Below are positions 51,801-63,315 of a stretch of DNA of 64,000 bases, one piece after another. The position numbers and the translations under genes are program-made. The DNA is from Owenia fusiformis (lineage: Eukaryota): assembly GCA_903813345.2 (NCBI GenBank), contig CAIIXF020000001.1, positions 744,001 to 808,000 on the forward strand, given 5' to 3'. Position 1 is the first letter of the stretch, and every line of letters begins with the position of its first letter. The notes under the pieces were generated by a model. The model did not search any database. It had not been told where the DNA came from and saw only the letters and a list, made by a program, of their open reading frames with translations.

Positions 51801-54800
51801 ATTTTAATTTCCTGACAAATAGAGCGATCATCCCAGTATTTTTTCTATGATCTATATATCTATGTGCCTTTGCAACTTCTGTTTTAGAGAACAATAAAAC
51901 AATAGAAAGGATTACTTTACCATAATTCTAATCATCCCACATTGTAGACATATTTAGAATAAAAATATGAAGAGAATGACAAAACCTCTTAAAACACATT
52001 TCTTAGGAAACAAATAGTGTGGTATTCTTGTTACTATGGCAACAGAGTTTTTTCTTTTTGTCATTTTTGTCATACAGATTACCTATCATACCAGGACCAA
52101 ATCCTGAAAATTTGAATTCAGTATCTTCATTAGTATCTTAGATATATAGGTTTCTTATAGTATCCCCTGCAGATTTCATCTGAGTATAAGGAAAATGCTC
52201 TGAAGAGGGATGCCCAAGGATGCCACTTAACAGTTCTGGTATTTTTGAGGTCCCAACCCTCTATTCATGGGACAAGTTAACCATTGTAAATCTAGTCATG
52301 GTTAACTGACAGAATTGATTGTATCTTCAACTAAGAAGTCAATAAAATGTTAAAACCAGAAGAAAACCACACCAACTTTCTTCTATTACACCAGGGGTAG
52401 GGCATTATAAAGTCATATTAAAATTACAAAATAGTACTTCATCACTATAATAGATGTATTACAATATCAAACATAGCTTGGGAATGTTGTTAGAATACTA
52501 CTTTGAGCTGTTAAAGTTATCATATTTTGCTTGAAGCTACAAATATAAAATAAGCAAGAAAAAAATGACAAAAATTGCATATTTTTTTCTAATTAATTGT
52601 TTTTTTCCGAAACCAACAAAGATATCAACCTATAACTTTAGGATAGTATTCATCTCTGTACTAACAATGTATGCTGTAGAACTCAGAGCAATAGTTTATA
52701 TATCCTTTGAGTTATGAACTAATATTATAGTACCCCCTAAGATAATTTCCTAGGGGGGTAAAAACGCTAAAATGCAGTGTCGTGACCACCCCGTTGAGCT
52801 GTCATCTTTTAATATCTTTATCAGCATGAAAAACTGATCCAGAAAAAATAGGTCTGTTGCTTTTTCTAAAAAATGCCTCAAAAAGTCTTTCCCTTGAGAT
52901 ATTCTGAAATTGGAACCTGTCTAATTGATTTGTGCAATATCCAAAGACATTCATACTTTCTTTGGGCTCATTTTGTGGGATGATGTGAATAGAGCTGTGT
53001 ATATGTAAAATATTTAACGGTGATGATAAATCTCAGGAATATGGTTAAAAGACATATTTAATTCCTCTATCCATTGTATTATTTACTTTATTAGTGCAAT
53101 TAAAATCAATAATTAATCATCTCTTCCTTATTTTGATTAACTTTATATTAAAGGACTACTTAGAAAGTTTCGTCATGCTTCATTGGCAGTGTTGTATATA
53201 GAAATACTAAAGGCAAGGTCAAGGTCAAGGGAGGTGAGTTGAGTGTTTAATGATTTCTCAACAATTTGAACAACATGCCACATGTAGATATGCATTTAAT
53301 GTTATTTTGTTTCTCTACTTGAGATTGACAGACATGTGTTGTAAAATTTAAAGTATATAAAAACAACCCTATAATAAGCTACATTGTTGAGTGAGCATAT
53401 TGTTTCAGAGAAGGACCAAAAAGTTGAATGATGACCTTTACTTTGAAATCCAGCTGAAAGAGGCAGTAGCAGCTATACATAAAATATATCTTAATGTAAG
53501 TTGCACTATATTTCACTGTTTTTAGTTTTATGCAGTTTTTGGTGGTTGATAATCTTGGGGTTATCTTTGGAATTATATTATTTGCAGTAAAAAATCCATT
53601 GTACCTTATAATTTGATGACTTGTGATCAGTGTATGCATTAGAATATTGCATATGCATTTATAGATACTGAAACACGCCTGGTGATCGTACAAAATGGAT
53701 GGAGGGGGGGATTAGGCGATTTCTGCAAGAAAACTCAACAAATTTGGAAGATTTATTTTTTCAAGAGAAAATTTACCACTGAATTGTCAAATGAATAGGC
53801 GCAGTGCATGGCAAAATATGTTAGGTCATCTAGTATTTTTTTTGAACTGATACCCTTCAAAGATATGAGATCTATTAAAAAAGGTGCATCATCACCAACG
53901 TGCAAAAGTCAATGTTTTTGCTTTAAATTGGGCAACAATGGTCTACACGACCTATAATAAATAGGTATAAGGGACGTTATTATCACAATACTAATGACAT
54001 TGTTCACTTTTTAAAGTTAGTTTCCTTGCGTTATACAAAAAATAATCAAAATAAATTATTGTCATTACTTTCAGCCAAACGGTGCTGTATTCCCATGTTC
54101 ACTTGAAAAGGGGCCATACATATTGTCATTACTTTCAGCCAAACGGTGCTGTATTCCCATGTTCACTTGAATAGGGCCATACATATTGTCATTACTTTCA
54201 GCCGAATGGTGCTGTATTCCCATGTTCACTTGAATAGGGCCATACATATTGTCATTACTTTCAGCCAAACGGTGCTGTATTCCCATGTTCACTTGAATAG
54301 GGCCATACATATTGTCATTACTTTCAGCCAAGCGGTGCTGTATTCCCATGTTCACTGAAATAGGGCCATACATATTGTCATTACTTTCAGCCAAACGGTG
54401 ATGTATTCCCATGTTCACTTGAAAAGGGCCATACATATTGTCATTACTTTCAGCCAAACGGTGCTGTATTCCCATGTTCACTTGAAAAGGGGCCATACAT
54501 ATTGTCATTACTTTCAGCCAAACGGTGATGTATTCCCATGTTCACCTGAATAGGGCCATACATATTGTCATTACTTTCAGCCGAATGGTGCTGTATTCCC
54601 ATGTTCATTTAAATAGGGCCATACATATTGTCATTACTTTCAGCCAAACGGTGCTGTATTCCCATGTTCACCTGAATAGGGCCATACATATTGTCATTAC
54701 TTTCAGCCAAACGGTGCTGTATTCCCATGTTCACCTGAATAGGGCCATACATATTGTCATTACTTTCAGCCGAATGGTGCTGTATTCCCATGTTCACTTA

Positions 54801-57471
54801 AATAGGGCCATACATATTGTCATTACTTTCAGCCAAAAGGTGATGTATTCCCATGTTCACTTGAAAAGGGCCATACATAGTGTCATTACTTTCAGCCAAA
54901 CGGTGCTGTATTCCCATGTTCACTTGAAAAGGGGCCATTCATATTGTCATTACTTTCAGCCAAACGGTGCTGTATTCCCATGTTTACTTGAATAGGGCCA
55001 TACATATTGTCATTACTTTCAGCCAAACGGTGCTGTATTCCCATGTTCACTTACAAAGGGCCATACATATTGTCATTACTTTCAGCCAAACGGTGCTGTA
55101 TTCCTATGTTCACCAGAATAGGGCCATACATATACATATTGTCATTACTTTCAGCCAAATGGTGCTGTATTCCCAGTGCTACTGAGGGTGTTAAACAGTG
55201 AGAATGTGAACCTCCTTGTACAGGACAGGGGGACCATTCTTCAGTCTAAGGAGGATAAATTGGCCCTAGACACACTCAGAGCAATAATAGAGAACATCTC
55301 CTTTCAGATTTCACAGATAAGAGTAAGTGACTGTTGTCAGTCTAGGCCCTGCCACCTGTATAATAATATGAATATTAAAATGAAGAAATCACAAATACTC
55401 ATTGTTGTCTGACAGAAATATTGCTCTTTCAGAGAAGAAATATTTTGGGAGGTGTTTCTCTCCAAAATATCCTATTCTAAGCTTTCTAAAACTGTGCTAA
55501 ATATTCACATTTTCCATCATGTTGAAATTATTAGTTACAGATTGTGATTCAAGATGTAAATACTTCTTGAGAGTTTTTTATTAACACTAAAATATGAAAA
55601 ATAATTGTAAAAGTATATATACGTTATACAGATTATATGATCTGTGTCATTTAAAAGCACACATTTCTTTCAGGCAGTTCATGGTACATTAGGCTTGCAT
55701 AGAAAGGCGTCTGTTTTCAGTCTTATACAACCTAACAGGATCTTCCCCGAGTTCTACTTCTTTCAGGCTGAATTGGTAAATATTTATTTCATGGTACAAT
55801 GGTATTCCTAAGCTCACCAAAAGCTATTTATGTAAGTTATATTAGTGGGTGGCACTGGGTTGTCATATTGATAAATGAATGAATGCTCAGAAAACAAGTA
55901 ATAATTTAAATGGAGAACCATTATATGATCTTCGGATTTGATAGATATAATACGGTGATGTATATTACAGATGTAAGGCCAATCATCATATTCTTATTAC
56001 ATGTACTAAATATATTTTATGTATGTATGCTTTAGGTGCCCCTCCAAGTGTCAGGCACAAACAGTTTGCCAAATGTAAGCCACACCCAGGCACAGATGCT
56101 CATCCTTGGGATCTTTCTGGCAAGAGGCATGGTCTCCACTGTAAGAAATAATATTACTATTATTGAAATATTCATGCACATTTTTATAATTAAATGAATA
56201 TGTGTATATATACATGAACATTAAGATCATGGTTTAATGTTGAAGTCTTCATGATTTAACAGCTAGAATGCCATGTGTGCAAATGCATATTGAAGTCCAG
56301 GTAATTATGGTGAAGAAGCACATTGAGAATGTAGGTGTTGGGTCAGAATTTAAATGTTGCGTGATAAATTGTTTTTCATATTTAAGACACATAATAATTA
56401 AAATTAAAAAAAACTTTATATCAAATCAGCACAATATGCTGAAAGTTGAATACAAAATATAGATGTCATTGCAGTCTTCCTACCATTGAAAGACCATTGG
56501 CAAATCATAGGCACAGGATGAAGAGTTCACCCCCCCCCCCTGCTCATTCACTAAAAAGCTTATTCTTTGGTTCATAGTGAGTGGGGGCACTGAACTCTTG
56601 TTCCTGTGATCTAAATAATAAATAAAATAATTTGTTTCATATGATGTGTTACAATAATTTTCTTGAACTCCAGTTGCTGTTGAAGCCAGTTGAGTATGGC
56701 TTGCTACCCACACTGCCAAGTGATAATCTACAAAGAAACTTAGCAGTTGTTGCTACAATATTGATATATGTCTACAGGAGGACTGCAGTGCCTAAGAAGT
56801 CTAAAATAATGGTACTTCTATTGATTATAGTAAATACTAAATACAGTTTGGGCATTCTCCTAATTTAAATTCCTCTTTTCCTCTAATGGGAGATCACATA
56901 AGTGACGCTTACATAAAATGACAGTGAAATTAAAGGTGCACATAAGGTCAATACTTATCCTCTGAACCATATAAAGGCTTTTTGAGGGCACAATTCTCCT
57001 TAACAAAAAATGAATTTTAGATCTACATCTTGAATGGTATTCTTTAAACGCTGTATTTCAGGCAGAGTCGAGGGAGTTGTCCCAATATCTGGTGAATGAG
57101 GAGCAAATGGCGTACATATACAAGAAATTAAAGTCATCCATACAATATTCTGAGGTGAGAAGAATATGATACCTCTTTTTTATTTTCGACATATTGTTAA
57201 GCAAAAAGTATTTTGAATAAGAAAATCAAAGATATGTGCATTGCAATGTCATACTGTATGGGATACTGTACAAGTGAAGCAATCCAACAAATATAGCCTA
57301 ATCCTGATGACACCTGAGTCATTGCATACACTTAAGTTATTCACTTTTTAAGATTGTGAGGCCTGCATTTGGAGGATCATTTGACAATTTCAGATTATGA
57401 ATGTGTTGATTTTGCAGGATGTTTTGAGAGATTGGGTGGAGGAATATACGTCCAGGCTGAACAATGCATAG
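36840..57471 (+). CDS. DUF4587-family (C21orf58/PRR29-like) protein, about 558 aa, 17 exons
   Basis: Exons 36840-36905, 38638-38728, 39261-39346, 39664-39772, 40909-41055, 45372-45576, 46262-46302, 46593-46661, 47309-47344, 53154-53233, 53409-53495, 55155-55322, 55674-55775, 56036-56140, 56674-56811, 57062-57154, 57418-57471; all GT-AG and in phase. Motif DAIEMLMLQNAQMHQLIMQQMMMSAL recalls DUF4587; N-terminal LSRLRLRILQE and AMLKRRELLDQL recall C21orf58. Confidence 0.82.
38780..39010 (+). mobile_element. Helentron/HINE-like fragment related to the element at 22392
   Basis: ttatccc..ggggtata start, (gtct/gtcc)n tract, ataactcaaata..agttgac.gatt and tttttcaa.atggct shared with 22688-22820. Confidence 0.6.
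39731..40576 (+). repeat. 46-bp tandem array (about 18 copies) spanning an exon 3' end and splice donor
   Basis: Unit gtacccataggagtgtaaggtcactgccagaactatctagaggtag; first unit overlaps exon 39664-39772. Confidence 0.95.
41120..41850 (+). repeat. 51/52-bp tandem array (about 14 copies), intronic
   Basis: Unit aatatgtctggttgatgtcactgttctaatatttaaatatggaagtgagtt(a). Confidence 0.95.
42030..45320 (-). mobile_element. 5'-truncated, disrupted non-LTR retrotransposon (APE + RT ORF2; CR1/L2/Crack-like)
   Basis: APE motifs HINMRS, IGMTETWL, GGGVAL, IYRPP, MGDFNID, TLIDNIF, SDHHPI (43837..45378); RT motifs NYRPISLL, QFGFR, FLDLSKAFDTV, GVPQGSVLGP, FADDT, FLGV (42738..43850); C-terminal piece 42254..42718; A-rich tail at 42030-42057; frame breaks near 43860 and 42735. 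Confidence 0.93.
46614..47164 (+). repeat. 62-bp tandem array (about 9 copies) spanning an exon 3' end and splice donor
   Basis: Unit caacatgttcacccactccaatcataatgtctccaagataccacaaaagtaagttcagtttt; first unit overlaps exon 46593-46661. Confidence 0.95.
47365..47983 (+). mobile_element. Helentron/HINE-like non-autonomous element
   Basis: 5' ttatgtaaccaccaaaagtggtgacata hairpin; internal repeats of tttgaccttcaatgaccttctcaaggtc; 3' inverted copy ggtggtgaca then ..cttgtt. Similar 5' end at about 59562. Confidence 0.6.
47991..52923. mobile_element. 4.9-kb non-autonomous element with about-450-bp TIRs, TAG..CTA ends and 3-bp TSD (Academ-like)
   Basis: TAGACAGGTTCCAATT... vs ...AATTGGAACCTGTCTA; arms about 47991-48445 and 52445-52923 are inverted copies; ATT on both flanks. 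Confidence 0.8.
49782..50656 (-). mobile_element. Internally deleted hAT element with hATC dimerisation-domain remnant and 5-bp TSD, nested in the Academ-like element
   Basis: CAGAGGCGTAGCTA...TAGCTACGCCACTG; TAAGT on both flanks; ORF 50242..50481 LLTLPVSTCVAERSFSSLKRINSYLRSTMNEER..LAMIHIHRE is a typical hAT C-terminus. Confidence 0.9.
54057..55175 (+). repeat. 63-bp tandem array (about 18 copies) spanning a splice acceptor and exon start
   Basis: Unit attgtcattactttcag|ccaaacggtgctgtattcccatgttcacttgaatagggccatacat; last unit runs into exon 55155-55322. Confidence 0.95.
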
Positions 57472-58095
57472 GAACATCAAGTATTTTGTTATATGGAGTA
57501 CTCTCTGTACATTAGTGACTTGATGATGTATGTTTGTTACTTAACAACGAGTATCGAGTATTGGCAGACACAACATCAACCAGGTTGGTGGACTAACCAA
57601 CAACTACTAACAAACATCTAACAAAAAACTAATAACAATAACAATGAACTACTAACACCGAACTACTAAAACAACTAACAATGAACTACTAACTAATATT
57701 TACTAACAAGCAGTATTACCATATCTTGTAGGCTTTATTTTTTCTAAGCTTTCGGAAAAATGTTTATGCCCAATTCTATTGATTGTGCAAGTTATGAATA
57801 AAAGATGGGGTTATTTGGGATGAGAATAATAGCTAGTGTCCCTTTAAACTGCTTCCTTGGCATCCACAAAAGAATTGATTTGAGCTGAATGTAAACATAA
57901 TATTTAGGATGGCTAATTTCAGCTGACAAGGTATGTGAAATTGACATATTATTTTGCTTTGTTGACAATTCAAATATTCTCATTCCTGACATGTTTCCCT
58001 TTCGAATGGTATTAATCCCTTTCTAATGGTATATTCAAACCCTGGGACAAATAGCATCATTTTTTTAACACTTGTTTGTTCAACTTCTATCATAT

Positions 58096-58302
58096 CAGGC
58101 CCGTAGCCAGGGGGGGTTCGCAGGGTTCGGGTGAACCCCCCCCCCTGGCCAAAAATTCTTTCAAAATCATGAAGTTTTTCACCATTTTGAGCACTTCTCT
58201 TGTGATTTTAGCCATATTTGGGCCAAAATTGTCAAATGTGAACCCCCCCTGGAAATTTTTGAAAACTGAACCCCCCCTTGGCAAATCCTGGCTACGGGCC
58301 TG
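58096..58302. mobile_element. 207-bp MITE, same TIR family as 3724-5262
   Basis: CAGGCCCGTAGCCAGG...CCTGGCTACGGGCCTG; TSD not clear. Confidence 0.85.
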
Positions 58303-59260
58303 ATATATAGAGGTTATTTACTGTGAGGGATTCAATATGGGTTCTATTCAGAGGGACAATATGATATTTCCCGAGGGCCTGAAAGGCCAGAGGAAAATAT
58401 CCTATTGTAACGAGGAATAAACCCATATTTAATCCCGATCAGTAAGCTTTTTATAGGGGTTATACACTGGGAGGTTTTGGATACAGGGAATATCCCTGAG
58501 GGATATACAATATATCTTTTTCAAAATCAACAATTTTTTTCAAATTTTTATTTTCAAATTTTTTTTGAGCGGACATACGATTTATATGTCCCGGAGCTCC
58601 GTTGGAGCGGGACATACGAAAAATATTTGCCCGGATATGGAATATATTTCCGGTTCATATGTCCCTGAAACCTCATCAGGTATGGAATACATAGAGATTA
58701 TCCTATATGAGGTTCAGGATATTGGGATTATCCCGAGGCCAATATAATATATTTGCCCGAGGGCCGCAGGTCCCGAGGGAAAATACATTATATTGGCCAA
58801 GGGATAATCCCAATATCCTGAACCGACTATAGGATAATATGTTTATCCCATACCAATCTTGGTCATCTGGTTCACATTGTTCAATCGTGGAAATATTTTA
58901 GAATATTCATGCCCAGTTTTGTTTTCTTGGCCGTGGGTGGGTTCTCCTGTTCCCTCAAATATTCCCACATTTATTTTCTCGAATTTTTGATTGATTAGGT
59001 GGATGCTCCTTCAATTTTTTAAACCATCAAACAGATCCCGATTGTCTGTGTTTTCTCCATTGTCGTGTACAGTCATTACGCGAACGTTACAAATTATGAA
59101 AAAATATGCGAGCGGCGATTATGACGTAGCGGGCAGATATAGTATATCTGCCCGCTCGGAGCGGGACGTATAGCTATATCTGCCCGCTGATGAAAATATA
59201 AGTTTTTACAAACCGGCTTTATGTACCTATAACACGTCCAAGTATGGGATAAATATTGTT
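58303..59260. mobile_element. Cluster of hairpin-rich repeat copies (same family as 2495-3009 and 27280-27387)
   Basis: tatagaggttattta..gagggattca..atgatatttcccgagggcc is the reverse complement of about 27305-27385; hairpins centred on cccgagggcc..cccgaggg; gcgggcagatata..tatatctgcccgct shared with about 2570-2640. Confidence 0.6.
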
Positions 59261-59683
59261 ATCCCATGATATTCATGGTTCTCTTCTAGTCTTCATAAGA
59301 TCATTTATTCAAAATCTATATCTGATTTTTGTATGAAACAAAACCACACTTTACATCACAAAATATGACTTAACTTTATGAAATTTGAAATATAAAAATT
59401 TTATTGAGATGTTTTATGAGAAGTTGTATATTCCTTCAAATTTGTATACCTTGTTGCACAAGGCCTTTCCTTTTGGATGTGGGTGAACTATCTTGTGGCA
59501 AATGATTTCAACCAACTGCCATTTGAAATCCTTTATTCTTCAGCATGGAGTTTATAGTGTTTTTATGTCACCACAAAAAGTTGTTACAAAAAGTGACATA
59601 TTGTTACGTAGCCATCAACTTTATGTGGATGGTGAATGGCTTCTAAAAGATTCTTAACAACTCTAATAACTTTACAAGTTCTA

Positions 59684-60673
59684 CACAGGCAAATTACATC
59701 GGGCCCCGTACGAGCCTCGAAAATTACGAGTCATTACGGGCAAAAAGGAGCACCATCCTCGTTCAGGCTCGTACGGAGTTCGTTTTCGAGGCCCGTACGA
59801 GCTTGTATGATGCTCGTAATTGTTGTTTTCGAGGCCCGTACGAGCATGTACGAGGCTCGTTATTTCGATGCCCATACAAGCTCGTACAAGGCCCGTTATC
59901 GAAATCCAATCAAAAAAAATTTAATTGCTCTCATGGTTCATGATTTCTATCCAGAACATGCTGTGTATGTTTGATCACATCTATAGCTGTGTTTATTCAC
60001 ACATTCGATAACAGTAACATTTATTTACATCACATTTCAACTTATTGCAATACCGCACACAAATGTTTTTATATGCATTTACTTCACTTGTAGAGAAATA
60101 TGGTGTCTCCTAATGGTAACCCTCCTGTTTATTCTGTTTCCTAGTTTTTATACTGTTTATCATGTTGATACAGACATGAGAATATTTTGAAATTATTGGA
60201 GACATATTAATTCAGATATAATTAGATATAATTGAAATGTCATTTCTCAAGTATGCTAAAAAGTGTTCATCAAAATAAACGAGTAATTACGAGCCTTGTT
60301 ACGAGCCCTGTATGGGCAAGTACAGTGCTTGGAAATTACAAGCCATTACGTGCTTTGTTACAGGCATCGCACAGGCAAGTACAAGGCTCGAAAATTACGA
60401 GCTATTATGGGCCTCGTAAATGGCACCGTACAAGGAAGTACGGGGATCGAAAATTACAATTTATTACGGGGCTCGTTACGGGCACCGTACGTTCAAGTAC
60501 GGGGGTCGGAAATTACGAGCTATTACGGGCCTTGTAATCACAAGCTCTTACGAGGCTCGAAAATTACAAGCAATTACCAGACTCGGAACGATGTCCGTAC
60601 AAGGTTGTACAGGGTCCGTTGATACAACGAGCTCCGTATGGGCTTGTACGGGGTCCGATGTAATTTGCCTGTG
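59684..60673. mobile_element. Non-autonomous TIR element with CAC..GTG ends, TA flanks and subterminal repeats (EnSpm/CACTA-like)
   Basis: TA|CACAGGCAAATTACATCGGGCCCCGTAC ... GTACGGGGTCCGATGTAATTTGCCTGTG|TA; many cgagcctcgaaaattacgag-like subterminal repeats. Confidence 0.8.
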
Positions 60674-61296
60674 TATAATTATAGACTGACTTCGTATTTG
60701 AACAAAGAAAATATGTTATGAGTTCCAACACATTTCTGCAAATATCTGTTACCAGGGCAACAAATAAGAGGACTTGGTACATTTTGTAACTAGTTTAAGT
60801 TTCAAGAAGTAACGTTCACATAAACTTGAAATTCTTATTGTCAAAACATATAAGCATGTTAGGACTTTTAACATGTTTTTTTCATTTAAAACCCAGCTTA
60901 TTGATGTTTCTACAACTGATTTATACTATGGTATTACTATAATCTCTGATATTGCAAAAAATTGGCAGGTGCTGACATTTTGTATGTATTAACATAAATA
61001 TAAAACTGTATATGGTATCACATTTTACCTGATGGCCTGATGCTATCTAAAGTATCATCAATTACACTGGCCATCTGCCATATTAATACTTTAATTATGC
61101 ACCCGTTCAAATCCTCAGAAAATAGCCAAAAGCCAACATATAGGGCTATCTGAAATTTGTTGTGATATCTTCTGTGGTCCTTTATCTTTATTACTTGAAA
61201 AACTCATAAAAATATGCACAACTTACACCTTTTTGAGAGAAAAGTCAACAGAAGTAAACATTATATATGAAATTATAAGCTACTTTGTGCTTGTAT

Positions 61297-62142
61297 TAGA
61301 GAGATTTCGCACATTAGTGAAAGTACAACTTATACGTATACGTATAGTTTAAAGGGTCATGTCGAACTATTATATTCACTGAAATCAATTTTAAATTGTA
61401 CTTAATGGAACATAACTATTCCCGATATAGAAAAGCTCCATCAACTAGAGACTGTGAATGCACTGTCATCTGCACGTGTAGATTATGCACATTATAATTA
61501 AATGCTTGCCTCCGTGTCCTAGTAGTTGTAGTGTATTATAAACACAATCCTTTAAAGTGAGTCATGATCCTTTAAAGCGAGGCATTACATAAACAAGTTG
61601 ATTATTTCAAAGTTTTCATGATCAGTATAAGTTCAATGAACTTACAAAACGGTAAAAATACGTAAATGATAAACGTATACAGTTGGATCTCCGTATAAAA
61701 CTTTACCTACATGTGTGTGGAACAATTGACCGCCAGGATTTTTTGAAATTAATTAATTGGCTGAGTAGGAACAGTATCCAATCAAATACTTTGACCATCA
61801 ATTTGAAACACCAATCAAACCAGTAGGTTCTAGCAATTCCTGGAAACGATCCATTCAGTAGCTCAACAAATGACATACAGGGTGTTTCATAACGAGCATC
61901 TCCAAAAAGTCAATTTGAGAAGAGATATATGAGCCTATTTTATTCTAGACAAACACATTTGGATCAACTAAACATGCTACAATTCAAGAAAGTACAAATG
62001 GCATCCCTTTGACCTTTATTTATTACAGTCCGAGAAGATCTTTCCTGACGAAAAGCCCACATTATGAAACACCTTGTACGTTTACCTATAAGTATAAGTA
62101 TACGTTATAAGTTGTACTTTCACGCGGTGCGAAATCTCTCTA
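61297..62142. mobile_element. Unclassified MITE (TAGAGAGATTTCGCAC termini) containing a nested Tc1/mariner MITE
   Basis: AT|TAGAGAGATTTCGCAC..GTGAAAGTACAACTTATA vs TATAAGTTGTACTTTCAC..GTGCGAAATCTCTCTA|AT. Confidence 0.75.
61878..62076. mobile_element. Tc1/mariner-type MITE
   Basis: TA|CAGGGTGTTTCATAA...TTATGAAACACCTTG|TA. Confidence 0.75.
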
Positions 62143-62739
62143 ATGTCGTAATGATGAGGTACATCCTTTCAAAAACTCATTTTTTTGCATTCAGAAATAT
62201 TTTGGGTGTGGTCCTGTGGCATTGATATGGTATCATTGGTATCATGTGATTAAAATACAATCTATGATTGGCTTAGGATGAGATAGAACAAATTAACTTT
62301 AACAGTTTTCTGAGTTCTTGCTTTGGGATAATTTAATTCATTTGGAAAACTGATTTCACTGACATAGAACAAGTTGAATACTGGAAATCACATGTTTATT
62401 TATAGCTATATTTCACATTTGGGACCATGTTAGATGGAAAGAGCACAGTCAACTTAGGTGGAAACCGCATTTATCTCATTGTGGTCAAAAAGTGGCATAG
62501 AACACTTTGGCTCTTGAACACCGATATGTATCATTTGAACTCTCTTTGTTCAACCTTATTTCTGAGACTATTATAAAGTGTTACAGTGTCCAACGTTTTG
62601 GTGGCCAGTCTTTGGCGATTGGTGTTCACTTTGACAGCATTTGGTATCTGTAACAAATGGCAGGTAGTCACATTTTGCAATACCTTGTCTCGTTTTGGTT
62701 ATACATGTCAATGTGACCCTCTGCTGTGTTGATTGCTTA

Positions 62740-63315
62740 TGGCCTAGTCACATAGCCCGGCCGATGTCCGGCATCGGTAGAGCTCGGTGGATTTTTTTGG
62801 TGCCACCGAGCTCTCCTCATCGGAAGCAGAGCTCGGTGACGTGAACGGACTCCGTCCGGACATCTTCAGGCGACCGACCGAACACCGGCCGGTGACCGTA
62901 CGGAGTCTGTCTCAAAATGGTAGTTTTTTTCTGCCGATGTGGCAGCAACTACCGGCCGGAGGTCGGCCGGACATCGGAAGGAATACGGCCGGTACCCGAG
63001 CAGGTAACAGGACACCGTGCGATCGCCGGCTGGGTTGTTAACGGGCCTTGAACAGTGACCGGCCGATGCTCTGTCCCACATCGGCCGGAGCTCGGTCGGA
63101 GCTCGGCCGCTGTCCGTTAAAAAACCTCGTCCTCTGGTTGTCTCAGATGCACGGGACACCGGCCGATACTCGGCCGTGCACCGGCCGACGTGTTTTCCGA
63201 TGTGGTTACGATGGGGCTGCGATGACATGATGAGGGAGCTCGGTGAGCCGAGTTCGGTGAAAATTGCATCGCTGGCTCATCGTAACCTCATCGGCCGGGC
63301 TATGTGACTAGGCCA
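62740..63315. mobile_element. GC-rich PIF/Harbinger-type MITE
   Basis: TIR TGGCCTAGTCACATAGCCCGGCCGATG / CATCGGCCGGGCTATGTGACTAGGCCA; TTA on both flanks. Confidence 0.9.

Noticed and set aside
54071-54995. Repetitive ORFs in the 63-bp array (and 41105..41395 in the 51-bp array)
   Set aside because: Open frames result from unit lengths divisible by 3; no independent coding evidence.
39731-55175. Regular 46-63-bp repeats as a CRISPR array
   Set aside because: Units are head-to-tail with no unique spacers, no cas genes are present, and the context is a eukaryotic intron.
62787-63230. GC-rich ORFs or CpG-island promoter
   Set aside because: Entirely inside a Harbinger-type MITE with TIRs and TTA TSD.
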